Source: Narcine bancroftii (lineage: Eukaryota). Taken from it: 64,000 bases of DNA. The stretch is from positions 27,466,001 through 27,530,000 of the forward strand of contig NC_091477.1 of assembly GCF_036971445.1 (NCBI RefSeq), given 5' to 3'. This document shows positions 1 through 13,205 of this stretch, piece by piece. Position numbers and translations under genes: made by a program. The notes under the pieces were generated by a model. That model was not told the DNA's origin, ran no database searches, and saw nothing but the letters and a program-made list of their open reading frames with translations. Each line of letters starts with the position of its first letter. The first letter of the stretch is position 1.

Positions 1-573
1 CCCAACCATCATTCTTTAATTTTCAAGAACATCATCATAAGGAGCTTCCTCCCCACCAATAGCCAGGGGTTACCAATGATTAAAAGCTTAATCAAATAAG
101 CTACATAAAAATTGAATACGTCTAGTATTCTCTGGCAAGTGACTCGCCTCCTGACCGTCTTTCCATCATTCACAGCAGTGTGAAGGACATCATTCATTTG
201 TCCAAATAACCACAGCTCTGTCAATCTTCAAGGAGCTCCAGGTCATATATAAAAGAAAAAACAATCTGCTTGATTGGTATGTTTACCACGGTTTCAAATA
301 TTTAACAATTTAACTAGCAGCAGATTGCTTCAAAAATAATAAACTTATCAACGCATCTTTGAGAACACCATCAAAATTCAGAAGATCTAACCATCTCAGA
401 GGCAAAAGACCCATCTACAACTGCACTACAAAACCTACAGGTTCTCCTCCATGTCATACACCTTTCTTATAGTGCATGACTGCTAATATAACCTATAGAA
501 AGTCAAGAAAACAACTCATCACGAGGGTACATCACCATTCTGTAGTTTTAATAAAAACTGGCCTTGCTCATAA

Positions 574-1852
574 TAGTTAAATCCCCATTATTCGGCATTC
601 AATCAACCGGAAACAACTGTGAGGAAATAAATAAATAAAGAATGAATGTGAATAGATAGTTTTCATTAAAAGCTTAAATAAAAGTTAAAAATTTTAAAAG
701 TAAATGTTCTCTGAAGAAAAACACAACCCCTTGGGAGCAAACATTTAGACAGAAGAGTGCCCTGGTCATGCCCTGCTCAAAACCCACCCGCAGCAGCTGT
801 TTGAATAAAGATTCAATAAAGTTGTGCTTGAATAAAAAGGCAGTACCCAGGATGAAGAGCTGGCCGATGGTGCTCGCCGCTGGGGCAACTCTCCTAAAGT
901 GTCGCCCTATCCCTGCCAAGTAAGACTCTATCGTTATTAGTATATTATTAAGAATATTAGTAAGACTTTATCTATGGGGTGGGGTTAATTACGACAGCAG
1001 GACGGTTTGCACAACACTGTGACAGCACTCGTGAATAGGGTTGGAATTTCAAGGAAGGTATGCTGAGGGTCGGACCGGCACATTGGTGTAGAGGTGAGTC
1101 AGGTTGCGCTGAGGGTCGGACCGGCACACTGGTGTAGAGGTGAGTCAGGTTGCGCTGAGGGTCAGACTGGCACACCAGTGTGGAGCTGAGTTGAGTTGCA
1201 CTGAGGGCCAGACCGGCACACTGGGATGGAGACAGGTAAGGTTCCACCAAAGGGCCAACGCACACTGGTTACACCAAGGACCAGACTGGCACACAGGCAT
1301 GGAGGCGACTCAGGTTGTGCCGAGAGTCAGTCCGGCACAGCGGGATGGAGGCGAGTTGGGTTGTGCCGAGGGCCAGACTGGAACACTACCGTGGGGAGTC
1401 AGGTTGTGCAAGGGCCTGACCAGGACACTAGAATGAAGCTCCACGGTGTCCTAAAGTGTCTCCCCATCTCTGTCTTGTAAGAGTTAATATCTTTATTAGT
1501 ATGAGGTATATTAGTAAGGCTTTATCTGTAAATTTAGGGGAGGGAGGGGTTAATTTTGATGGCGGCACAAGTAGCATAGTGGTTAGTCCAACACTGATGA
1601 GCGCCAGTGACTGGAGTTCAAATTTAAATTTTGTAAGTTACAAAAATTACTTGATTAAATTGAACTTTACATTATTAAAGACTACAGTACTGTATTTTTT
1701 AAAATTACTTTACAATTTGCACCATCTTTTAAATGTTGTATTCTTAATCCAAATTTATGTTAGGCATTGTAAGAGTGAGTCTCGGTCAACCGGAAAATAC
1801 ACATTTTCGGCATCCACAATCCCCTTAGGTGTCAGATAATAGGATTTGACAG
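574..1852 (+). mobile_element. Non-autonomous Tc1-mariner/pogo-type DNA element with internal ~46-bp repeats
   Basis: Imperfect terminal inverted repeats (tagttaaatccccattattcggca / tgtcagataataggatttgacag), with TA at the right end. A second related copy is at about 41197-42087. Confidence 0.65.
1062..1430 (+). repeat. Degenerate ~46-bp tandem repeat (about 8 units) inside the DNA element
   Basis: Units resemble gctgagggtcggaccggcacactggtgtagaggtgagtcaggttgc and diverge progressively. Confidence 0.8.
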
Positions 1853-2424
1853 TATTCACCTTTATAAATTATGAACAAGAGAGCTGAATCAACTGTAAAT
1901 CTCATTTCACCTCCAACTCCCTGGGAGAGCATGGTAGAATATGAAATACAGAAGGGAAGCAACTGATGCTGAATTACATAAAAATGTACAAATAAAATCA
2001 GGCTAGAGCTGAACAATAATTGGTCACTCCTAGATACACTCTTGTTCGAAGAAGACTATAAGCTGAGGCATTTTCTCACAAGAAATATATGCTGTTGTTA
2101 ACAAAATATGCTCTCCAAGGTTGGAATCAACTTCACAGCGAAATTGTGCGTGGAAAAGTCAGCAATTATACACCAAACTGTCAGACTTTATTCATGAAAA
2201 TGTCACCTAAAGTTCCAGATTCCTGGACTAAAGTGGATGTCCTAACTTTGCTCTGAACTCTTTGCGAGTGAATTCCCAGTGATCCAACACTGGATTGATT
2301 CCACACAAAGACAAGCTGACTTTATGCTATTAGGCTCCAGCACAGGAACAAGTCCATCCATTTTGATGGAAAGGTATGTCTACAAGGCCCCAGGTTCGTA
2401 ATATGTATGTTAATTTATACCTTT

Positions 2425-2655
2425 TAAATGTTTAGTTTTCTGACATAGCACAGTAACAGGCCCTCCTGGCCCACGAGCTTTGTGCCTCCTAAATACCCCA
2501 ATTAACCTACAAACCCTGTATGGTTTTGGAGGGAGGGAGGAATTCTGAAGACCCAGAGGAAACCTTCACAGACACAGTGAGAACGTACAAACTCCTTACA
2601 GATTGGGTCAGATTTGAACCCGGGTTGCTACCACTATCAAAGGGTTGCGCTAACT
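2425..2655 (-). mobile_element. tRNA-derived SINE (V-SINE/HE1-like)
   Basis: Reverse complement has a B-box-like gggttcaaatc followed by tgtaaggagtttgtacgttctc...gggtcttcagaattcctccc. Four more copies occur in the window. Confidence 0.8.
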
Positions 2656-2705
2656 GATAAAATTATTGCATTTACCTCAATACTTTCAGCAACATGAAAC
2701 TACAT

Positions 2706-2771
2706 CTATATATATATATATATATCTATATATCTATACACACACACACACATATATATATATTATATATT
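2706..2771. repeat. (TA)n/(CA)n compound microsatellite
   Basis: Directly visible. Confidence 0.9.
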
Positions 2772-2835
2772 AGCTGCCAAATAATGTTTAATTATTTGAT
2801 CATGTTTACATCAGTTGCACAGAAAATGGAGATAG

Positions 2836-3152
2836 ATACATAGAAACATAGAAGATAGGAGCAGGAGTAGGTCATTCGACCCTTCGAGCCTGCTCCGCCA
2901 TTCAACGAGATCATGGCTGATCTTAAAGGTCAGTACCCTGTCCCCGCCTTCTCTCCATAACCTTTAATACCCTTATTCTGAAGAAATAGATCTAATTCTC
3001 TCTTAAATAGATTTAATGAACCTGCCTCTACTGCCCTCTGTGGCAATGAATTCCACAGATTCACCACCCTCTGGGTCAAGAAATTCCTCCTCATCTCGGT
3101 CCTAAATGGTTTGCCTATTATCCTCAAACCATGGCCCCGGGTTCTGGATTTG
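2836..3152 (-). mobile_element. CR1-clade LINE, 5'-truncated 3' end, well preserved
   Basis: Intact ORF2 C-terminus SRTRGHGLRIIGKPFRTEMRRNFLTQRVVNLWNSLPQRAVEAGSLNLFKRELD, followed by a 3' UTR and TATGTTTC-like tail repeats. Confidence 0.92.
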
Positions 3153-3554
3153 CCAAACAAATTATGCAAATACTGGATATCTGAAAAAAAATGCAAGTCT
3201 GGCAGCATCTGTGGAAAGAAAAATATTTCTGATTAATGGCTTTTCACCAGATTTGAGGAATGGCAAAGCTTATGGGGCATATTAGCGAGAGGAAGAGTTT
3301 CTTCTGGTCAGACCAGGAGCCTTCACTGCATTGAACTTGAGACCAAATCTGAAAATTACCAAATACTCAACATGCTGGTCAGCAGCAAGCACAAATGACT
3401 CATCGCTGGGATGGAATTAATTACTAATGACAAAAAAAAATGCCATGCAGATTGAAGTTCTCAAATCAGATTGATCAAAAATAACCAATATGATAGTTAT
3501 TAACAATCGTGGCTTACTTTGCACATTGGTTACAGATTTATAAGTCAATGCAGA

Positions 3555-4005
3555 CCATAACTCATTGTCACGAGTACCAACTCATACTTTACAGCAGGTA
3601 AAGCAAATGCTTTGCACTGTAAAAATTCAGTAAATCAAAAAGGTATAGTGCAGGTATTACAAAGTGTATAAATGACAAAGAGAAAAGCAATTTACTAATA
3701 AGTACATCTTTTACTAAAAAATGGTCTATTCAAGAGTTAAATTACAGCAGGGAAAAAATAATCTTTGATAAGATGTCCAGAGATGTGCATTTTCCAATTC
3801 GTGTACCTTCTGCCCAATGGAAAGGAGGTGGGGGGGGGGGGGGGGGGGCGGTGGGAGGAAGCGGGCAGGAGAAGAGCGTGTGACTGGGGTACTATGGTTC
3901 CTTTAATTTGTTTGCAGCTTTGCATATAGACAGTTGAGGCTATAGACAAGGTTGATGGAGGAGATGCTGGTTGCACAGTGGCCCAGGTTACATGAACAAC
4001 TGCAT
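3555..4005 (-). mobile_element. Decayed Rex/Babar-like LINE 3' end
   Basis: Remnant peptide FPLGRRY...IKDYFFPAVI; tail resembles the copies at 10385 and 21545. Confidence 0.5.
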
Positions 4006-4664
4006 TCACAACAAACAATGCCAATGCCATTAGAACAAACAAAAGTTAATCATCGTTAAGCAATCACTCGTGAAATCTGAGGACCAGTCACAAAGTTTAG
4101 ATGATTATATATGCACCATTCATAAAATAATTGTACTAGGATTGCTACTCAAATTCGCACAATTCATGTGCAATGTCTAAGGCAATAATGACAGAAAATG
4201 AATTGATTTATTTTAAATGGAACTCAAAAGGGGGAAGCAAGGCATTAAATAAGGGTATTAATCATTAGGTTTTCAGTAATGAAATTAAAAGTAAAACTTC
4301 AATTTACCTGATACTGGAGAATTTTTTTTATTTCAACTACAGCGTCTAAAGACTTTCGTGTTTTATTTCAATTCACCTGCATTACTCTTTTTGAGAATCC
4401 ATTTAATTCATCAAAATTTATTATTTTTATTCAGTGTACTGAGATACAGTTAAAAACCACTGCAAAGTTGATTTTTGTAGTCTTTACCATGTTACTATTC
4501 TATTAATCCTACCCCCTCTATGCCTCAGAGTGAGAAGGATCAGAAATAACAACACTTATTTGTTTATTCCCAAGTGACATCATTATTCCACTAAATCAGA
4601 ACTCATCATGCTACATTTTCAGCAAATGAATTTCTGTGGGGAAAAAACTTCACACCTGACCATT

Positions 4665-5034
4665 TGTCACGTGGAGAATCTCGTCTGTCATGTGACCCTA
4701 CCACCAAGTACCAAGCTGGAGGTCGCATCACCTGCCAATCAAGGTTGGACTCCACCCACTCATTAGTGGACACCTCACTATTGGCTCTTTTAATCACCTA
4801 GGGATTACCTGGGCCAGACCCTCCAGCTTACTGTACTATAAAGTCCACATGTGGAGTCCTGAGACAAAACCTGCCCCACTCTAGGTCACGAACTGTGGGC
4901 AATGCTGAAGGAGTCATTGGTAAGATGTGCACTACATAGGGATTGATTGAGGCCTTCCTTCCTGTGTTCGTCAGCCTGTGTCCAGACTCATTGCTGTTTG
5001 AACCCACCAAACTTGTTTCCCTTCCCACACAACA
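4665..5034 (+). mobile_element. Possible short solo LTR
   Basis: GC-richer block that starts TGT, has CCAAT and TATAAAG motifs, and ends CACAACA. CATT precedes it and overlaps its right end, so the TSD is ambiguous. Confidence 0.35.
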
Positions 5035-5621
5035 TTCAAAACATCATTTAAGTTTGGCATGTAGCCCTCACTCTTAAACAGCTCTGAAGCCAACTTTTAA
5101 GGACGTTGAATATTCATCTTTCAAGAAACATTCAGTCATTCTCCTGGTGTGATCTTGACATAATCAGCATTATGCTTCATCAGAAAGACATATGCAAGGC
5201 CTCAATGCAATATGCTCCATATATATATACTGGCACCTGTTTAGATGATGGTATCACCAAAGTAAGATTGCAAGAACATCCACATAACTTACACTACATC
5301 AGGCTCCAACATGTGTTAACCGACAATCACTGAAGCCTTTGCTTTTTTTTTTAAAAAACAACCCTGGACTCTAAATGGTGAAAGCAACAGAAATACTTAT
5401 GAACAGAAACAATGTCAAGGTCTCAGGAACCATAAATAAAACTAATACACAACCTTGACTCCCAGCTAATTGAAGTCATCAGTCAAAAGTCAAAGAGTGT
5501 ACACATTCCACAGCCTTGTCTGAAGGCCTTCATAATTCGGTTCTGGAAAGATGTTTTTTGTTCTCTATTAGAAAATACCAAGATTTGTTCAATGGGAATG
5601 CTGAAATGCAGGAGCTAATTA

Positions 5622-6188
5622 CCATCTATTTTGGGGTACAAGACAACTCTTGAAATATGCCAAAAACAGGGGTTGTCTTATCGGCAGGATACAAAAGGTA
5701 ACCTTAAATTTTTACTCAAAATACCACTTGATGGTTCCATAACCCACTCAAAACCCCACCGTACAACAAATTTTTAAGCTATAATTAGAAATAATTTTTT
5801 ATTGTTTAAAAAAAATCTAAAATCACCATCATGTCTGAGCCAAAGAACTTGGCAAGCACCAGCCACTCACTGTTTACACTGTCATCATACAGGTCCCAGT
5901 CTGAATCGGATGAGTCGGCTTCCGCTTTGTCATCAGTGTCCCACAATAAATCATCCTCTGTACCATCCACATTCTTGCAGCAGCACAGGTGGTAGATTCC
6001 TCAGCCAATTAAATGACTCAACTTAAAACTTCCTTCATACTTGCTTTGTTTTGCTGGAGGCTCCATTAACACCCATCTTCAAGCCACACCCAAGAGCTCA
6101 GTGAACGCACATTTTTGAAAGATAATTTTATAGACCCAACATACATTCAGGCTGAAATTGGGGATGTCATATACGCCGAAATATACAG
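5622..6188. mobile_element. Old pogo/Tc1-mariner-type MITE
   Basis: Degenerate terminal inverted repeats ccatctattttggggtacaagac / gtcatatacgccgaaatatacag. Confidence 0.5.
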
Positions 6189-6354
6189 CAAGTCATAAAA
6201 TTCTTGAACTCAAATAATCAAAACCCAAGGGAAAAAATTCTACATTTAGGCCAGGTCCTGTCAAAAAAAAAGACAAGGATGGAAAAAAACCTGCAAGATC
6301 CAAACAGTTAATAAATCTCCATGCATTCTTCCATACTATCAAGATCATCTACAC

Positions 6355-7028
6355 CACACATGTCAAACTCAGGCCTGCGGGCCAAATTTGGCCCGTGATA
6401 TAATTATATTTGGCCCACAAGATCATATCAAATATGTATTAGAGCTGGCCCGCTGGCCGCCGCGGCAGTATAGCACATGCACAGCTAATACTACAAATCC
6501 CAGAATGCTTTCCAAATGTGTTGGCGTCAGCCCGCTAATCTCCCCCAACCTCCTCTCTTTACTTTCATTAGCATCTGCGACCTGTCGCCCAACTCACATG
6601 TAATAAACCCCTTATGAAAAATGGCCAAACGAAAGACAGAAAACAGGACCTTTCAAGACAGGTGGGAGGGAGACTATATGTTCATCATTTTAAAAGACAA
6701 ACCTGTTTGTCATTGAAGCAAGTTGTTATTTTTTTGACTTGTTGGCTTGTGGAAAAAAAATACATTTAAAAGGAGCTTAAAGGCTATAGAGAAATATTAT
6801 TTATTGAATATTTTATTTCTCATTTGTTAATGCTTCTTCTGGAAAGAGTTTAACCAAAACTATTATTAAACATTTATTTTAATAAGAAAAAGTTTAACAT
6901 TACATATGTTGAAAGAAGAGAAAACATGCAGATGTTGTTGAAAATTTTCAATAAATATTTAGTTTGGCCCACGACTTAGTCCAAGTTTTTAATTTTGGCC
7001 CTCTGTGAATTTGAGGTTGACACCCCTG
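6355..7028 (+). mobile_element. Non-autonomous hAT (Charlie/SPIN-like) deletion derivative
   Basis: Termini ca....tgtcaaactc / gaggttgacacccctg. 8-bp TSD atctacac/acctacag (6/8). Retains a transposase N-terminus MAKRKTENRTFQDRWEGDYMFIILKDKPVC from 6621. Confidence 0.85.
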
Positions 7029-7864
7029 ACCTACAGTGATCTTTTGGAGAGTCAAGAACAGAAAGCAAAAGCAAAAATGACATGCAACTGCTTTTCAAAG
7101 GCATCCACAACTGAAACGGTCTTTGGCATGCATATTCTCATACAGCACACTATCCAGTGAAACCATTCAACAGGATAATGAAACGACAATTCAATAGCTT
7201 CAAAAGAATTGCCATCTCTGAAGCTGACAGAATCCTTGAAATTCTGCAAAATCTGTACTTTTGGCATAAATTCATTGCCTCAGTTGGAGAGCAAAATATG
7301 CTAAAGAGTCTCACAGACATAATTACTACCATCTTCAAGACAATACCACTTGCAATAATTACTCTCAGGTGCTTCCAAAGTCATCACAATGACCCTCCAT
7401 CATTTCCATTCTACAACTAAAGCACGTCAGAAATGCAATGTGGGCACTCCCTATTCTGCAACTATCTTCCGTACACCACAAAAAACTGCAAAACAATACC
7501 AATCACAGTACATGGCCTTTTCCACCAATCCCAATTCCACCCCAGCCCCCAGCAAAATCTACAAAAGCCATCTAAGGGAATTATTGAGAATCATCCTGAA
7601 ATTCCTTACTATTGTATATCTGCAACAAGGTAATATGCAAGTTTGCGATTTACAGATCTAACCCAAGTGCAGACTCAAGTCATGCAAGACACCAGATGCT
7701 GCAAACTCCTCAATATTCCTTGTTGTCATTTTGCAACTCATCGCCAGCAAGCTTCCAATCAAAGTGAAGTTCATCTGCGGTATCAAGATTATTACCTCCA
7801 CTCCCAAACAAAGAGCTGTAAGATATTACACCACAGGAACAGGCCCTTCTACTCTGTGCCAAAT

Positions 7865-8082
7865 CTTTTTTTTTCATTTACAGCGCAGTAGAAGCAGATT
7901 CCATTTAAACCCGAGCTGTGCAATTACACCAAATTAACCTATAACCTCTACTGTTTTTGGAGTGTGGGAGGAAATTGGAGCACCTGGGAAAACCCACGCT
8001 GACACACGAAGAGCATAAACACCTCACAGTCAGCGCTGGATTCGAACCCAAGTCGCTGGCGTCTAATAGCATCACACTAACT
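7865..8082 (-). mobile_element. tRNA-derived SINE (V-SINE/HE1-like) inserted into a CR1 tail (7820-8150)
   Basis: B-box-like gggttcgaatcc on the minus strand; CR1 3'-end sequence on both sides. Confidence 0.75.
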
Positions 8083-8899
8083 GCCCAGTCCCATTCACCT
8101 GCACCCAGTCCATATCCCTCCCATCCATGTACCTATCCAAATGTTTTAAGCCAAGATTCACCACTTCAGCTGACGTTCCCATTATTCTATTTACTCAATT
8201 TATATCTTCATAATTTTGTGTACTCTAATCCCAATCAAATTACAGTAAACAGACAACACTTGTGCGTATGCAGACACAAAACTAAAACCAAGCTATATAG
8301 ATCCATTCACTAAAACACATAAATGAATAGCTGTTTACAATACATTCACATTCATATGTCAAACAGTTCTCCCCCTACCTGCTCTTTCCATGTAACCCCA
8401 AAGTGAAAATTAAAATCTTCAGTATAATCCTTGAAAACATGGATAACTTTACTGGTCTCAGGGGCCCCTCTTTGCAGAATAATTACCAGTAAATAAAAAT
8501 TTAAATCTGCTAAGAGTCCACTATGATCTCTGTATTGAAAGCCTGAAGGGCAATGACAGAAACAGTCAGCACCTCAAAATGCCAGTGGTGTCAAAACATC
8601 TCCCCAAAATCCTCTGAATTGATTGACAGGATAGGCAAATCATTTCAAGTGGTTCAGTCAGTCCAATATTCCCAACAATGCTATCTTGTTCAACCACTTC
8701 CAGTTGGCAGAGAACATCAACAACACCTAACACTACTCTCAAAACACTGAACTGCATTACAAAATAAAACAAAATTCCAGATATCAAAAGAAATTAATAG
8801 CCCTCTTCTCTTGAAAAATGATCATCCCTAACAGATGGGATTTCTTGACTGTGAGCACTCAAAATAAAAGAACACCACCCAGAAAGATATGAAGATATT

Positions 8900-10350
8900 T
8901 GACTCACAGAAAAGAGTTGGAATAAGTGGGTCCTTTTCAGGTTGGAGGGATAGAATGAGCAATCAGTTCTTGCCCCTCAATTGTTTATATTTATATTAAT
9001 GCATGGAGAAAGGAATGCATTGCAAGTTTGCAAATCATGAAAATAGGGGAGAGCCACATTGCACTGAAGACATTGTAGTTCTGTTGAAGGAGATAAATTT
9101 GGAATTGGGAGAAAACCTGGAAAATGGATCTTAATGTGTGGAAATTTGGAGAAGGAAAAAATGAGAGTCGATTATTAATATAGTCAGCAAATGTTCAGAT
9201 GAATCCATGGTCCACGACACAAATAATGAAAAGTTGAAAGATCAAATAAATTGGACTTAATTGCAAAGGGATTAGAGTTCAAGGATAGTGAAAATTTGTC
9301 TCTGTTGTACAGGGTTTCAACAAGGCCACACTTGGAATACTGTGCACAATTTTGGCCCCCTTATCTAAAAATATGGTAATATTAGAAATTGATTCACTGT
9401 TTACAATAATTCCCGCAATGAGACCATTATTCTATCAAGAGAAATTTCACAGTTTGGACCTGTATTCCTTATTCAAACATGTAAAGGAGCTTGACAGGGT
9501 AAATGTTGAGATGTATGAACAAATCATTTAAAACTGAGGTGTGAAAATTTCTTCTCTTGGAGGACAGTGAATATCTGGAATGGAGATACAGCAGATGGTA
9601 CAGAAAATAAAAAGCAGGTTGCCTTTTATTGAGAGGTCTTACTGTAGTTATAGTGCTGAGGCCACACCTTGATAATTGTGCACAGTTTTTTGTCTCCTAA
9701 TCTGAGGAAAGACATTCTTACAAATGAGGGAGTGCAGCAAAGGTTCACCAGACAGATTCCTGGAATGACAGAAAAACACGTGAAGAAAGACTTGAAAGAC
9801 AAGAGTTGTACTCAATGGAATTTAGAAGAATGAGAGGAGGTTTTACAGACACAAAACTTGACAGAACTAGACAGGTTAGTTGAGGAAAAATATTTCCCAT
9901 GTTGGGAGAAGTCCAAAACAAAGGGGTAACAGTCTAAGGGCTAAGAAGTAAGCCATTTAAGACTGAAACAAGCAGAAAAGTCTCCAGTTGTAAACTTGTG
10001 GAACTCTACCACAGAAAGTTGTTCATTAGATATATTCAAGAGAACTCGATATAGCCCTTGTGCCACTAGGGATCAAAGGATTTGGAGAAAAAGCAAGAAT
10101 AGGGTACTGAAGTTGCATAATTAGCCATGATTCAATGGAATTGTGATATAGGCTCAAAGAGCTGAATGGGCTTTGCGGGCAACTATTTTCTGTTGTGATT
10201 CTTTGCTTCAGGCCAGATCATTAGATACATTTAAGGTAGAGATAATAAATATTTAATGGATTGAGAGCTATGGAACTCGTACAGAAGTCCAGTACTGATC
10301 AGCCATATTCATGTTGATTTTCAGGGCAGCCTTTTGTAGCTCGGTCATGC
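8900..10350 (+). mobile_element. Two decayed CR1 LINE fragments, one (~9620-10200) nested in the other
   Basis: RPHLEYC.QFW.P-type motif appears twice (~9323 and ~9659). The outer copy resumes near 10210. Confidence 0.75.
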
Positions 10351-10384
10351 AATTTTATTTTTTTTAGTTCTTGATTCTCTGATG

Positions 10385-11140
10385 AGAATTTATTGTCATT
10401 CACAATGCACAGATGCACTGAAATTCTTACTTTCTACAGCCAAACAGGTAACAAAACATCAACGAAAATTACATATACTACCAAAACAGAAAAAGTGATA
10501 AAATAGAGAAGGATAGATATTCACAGTTGCATTTAGTCCAAGTGAAAAAAATGATGTTTGAATAGCACAAAAAGATGTTTTAGTGGTTCACAGATTAGTT
10601 TATAGTTAGAGAAATACAGGGAGATTCAAGTGCCTGGTAGCTGTTGGATAAAAACTGCTCTTGATCTGAAAGGTAATGGACATCAGATTTCTTTATTTTC
10701 TGCCTGAAAGTAGAACAAGAGGTTGCGACCAGAATGACAGCAGCCCCTTTATGAGGATGACTGACTTCTTGAGGAGTCACCTCAGATAAAAGTCAACAAT
10801 CGATAAAATGTCAATGTCCACGATGGACTTGGCAAGATTTGCCACTTTTTGTATTTCTGGGCACTTGAATTACCAAACTAGACTCTGATACAGCCAGTCA
10901 GCATTCTATCCTCAGGACACATACAAATGTTTCACAGAGTATTCAACAACATGCCAAGTCTCCTCAGACATCTTAGAAATAAGAAGTATTGGTGTGATTT
11001 CTTTACAGTTCTACGATGTACCTACTCCAGGGGAGGTCCTCTGACACATGAACTTTCAGGAACTAACTAACCCTCTCTTCTGCCATCCCATTGAAGAAAA
11101 CAGATGCATGCTCCTATCTGCTACCCCTTCCTAAAGGCCA
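10385..11140 (-). mobile_element. Decayed Rex/Babar-like LINE 3' part
   Basis: Minus-strand remnants FLRCLRRLGM and IKSSFYPTATRHLN; tail appears as tttattgtcat on the plus strand. Confidence 0.7.
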
Positions 11141-11869
11141 CTCTAAGATAAGGGCAGAAGAAAGCTAACAGCAAATATCCCAAACAAAACATCCATCCAA
11201 TTCATCAAGCAAGACCACCCCCACCAAATCAGTGTCTGTTGATCCCATATACTGCAGCTTAAACATTAGAAAGCAAAGAATGGTGTGGAATTAATCCTTG
11301 ACCTTCAAGGGACTGCCTGAGGTCAGAATTGGTGAATTTGCCAATTGCTTGAGATTGCATGTTGTGTGGATTGGCATGACTGCTAGGGGTGCCAATTTTA
11401 AACTGCTATATTTTTTACCTATTTATTTTCCACAATTATTTGCCGGTTGCTTGAATCCTGGATAATTGGGATTTTCCTGTATTAAGTTTGATTGGAAGTA
11501 TTTTACATTTTCTTGCCGAATTCTAGAATTTGCCACAAAATATCCCAGTAAAAAGAGAAGCAGCAAGCATGAAAAATGCTCAAGTTCACAAACTAAATGA
11601 AATTACATCAACATAAAGCTATTTGGGATCAAAAATTGCAGTTTGCAAAATCTCAACTACTTCTTAAAGTAGACTACAACAAATTGGCATTTCAGTATTT
11701 ACCTAAAATGAAGAACTCAAGTTTTGACAGACATACTAAAAAAGTTGATTTTTATTTCAATTACAAAATTTACAATTATTATCCATGGCAAAAACATTAT
11801 AATTTTGACCATGTGATTCATTAACCTTCCATTCCATTCAACTTAACTTTATATTTCCATAAGGGCAAC

Positions 11870-12365
11870 CTTATGGAAATCCATAAATTCACAAGGGACA
11901 CAAATAAGGTGGATGGTCGCAGACTTTCTGATACAGTAAGAAAGTCCAAAACTTGAGGGCATGGATTAAGATGAAATGAAAATGTTTAAACAGGGATGGG
12001 GGGGGAGGGGGTCACTTTCCTCTCTCTCCTCCCCACCTCCCCACACACACACAAAGGGTGCCAGGCACAATTACAATTGCTTTAAAAGACATTTTGATGG
12101 ATTCATGAATAGGGAAAAAATTGTGGATATAGGCCAAATGCAGACAAATAGGACGAGCTCAGGAAGGTGTTAAACAAAAAAATCAGCAGATGCTGGGGTC
12201 AAATGCAATACTCAATGTGCTGGAGAACTCAGCAGGCCATGCATCTGCTGATAATACCACACATTTGGCTGAGGTTCTCCAACAATTTTGTGCATTAGCC
12301 CTGGAAGACATTGGATGGCTTGGATGCCAAAGAGCCTGTTTCTGTGTTGTATTGCTCTGAGTATT
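11870..12365 (+). mobile_element. CR1 3' fragment interrupted by a short Penelope-like terminal fragment (~12180-12300)
   Basis: CR1-like aaagtccaaaacttgagggcatgg...ttgctttaaaagacattttgatgg. The insert gcagatgctgg...tgctggagaactcagcagg matches the 23455 element end. Confidence 0.6.
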
Positions 12366-12984
12366 CCAATACCACATAGGAAGAGGGCAAAATAGCATCT
12401 CTATTCCCACCCCATCTCCGCACCATTATAGAGGGAGATTATTTCATCAAATTCTTTTCTTTATTGCATTCGGGTGACAAATAAAATTAATACCAATTAA
12501 AGGAACAGAGGGAAATGATAAAAGAAGGAAACTACAGTATTATGATTTTAACTCACAACAAACAAAATTTTCAACTAATTACTTGGTTATGAGTTCAAAC
12601 CATCCATAAAAACTGGTAAGTTAAAAATCAGTTAATTAAATAACAAAAACCCAAAGATGATATTAGTAATGGTGGCCATCCCATTTAGAAATATCATTAA
12701 AGAAATGTCTTCATTCAAAATGACCTATGAGCATCGAGACCTTGAGACTCTTGCCTTCTAAAATGACTCAGCAAGCCTTTCAGTTTAGTGGCAATTAAGA
12801 ACAGAAAAGAAATATCAGTTTCCAGCAATTCCCATGAGCCAGGAATTAGAACCAAACAGCTTGCTAACATTAAAAAGATGTACAAGACCGTAAGCACAGC
12901 TAATATCCAAATATATTTTAGGTTAGTGTCCCAGAATCATGATGAATTTATCCAAAGAGTATCCAGCAGCTAAAGTTTAAAAAA

Positions 12985-13205
12985 TCTGCTGCAGATGCCA
13001 GGGCGAAGAGCAATACACAAATATGCCGAAGAAACTCAGCAGGTCATGCAGCATCCATATGAAGTAAAAACTAACATTTTGGGCCCATCTGCCTGTTTTC
13101 CTTTATTCCTGACGAAAGGTGCAGGGTGGAAACGTTGGTTAGCTTTTACTCCCCAAGGATGCTACGTGACCTGCTGAGTTTCTCTACCATATTTGTGCAA
13201 TGCAC
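12985..13205 (+). mobile_element. Short Penelope-like terminal fragment with inverted-repeat ends
   Basis: gaagaaactcagcaggtca ... tgacctgctgagtttctc. Related pieces are at about 13555, 14945, 28200, 31240, 45300 and 48355. Confidence 0.6.

Noticed and set aside
8566-8787. 73-aa minus-strand ORF with an acceptor-like site
   Set aside because: Closed by an early stop in the phase set by exon 2, with no recognisable homology.
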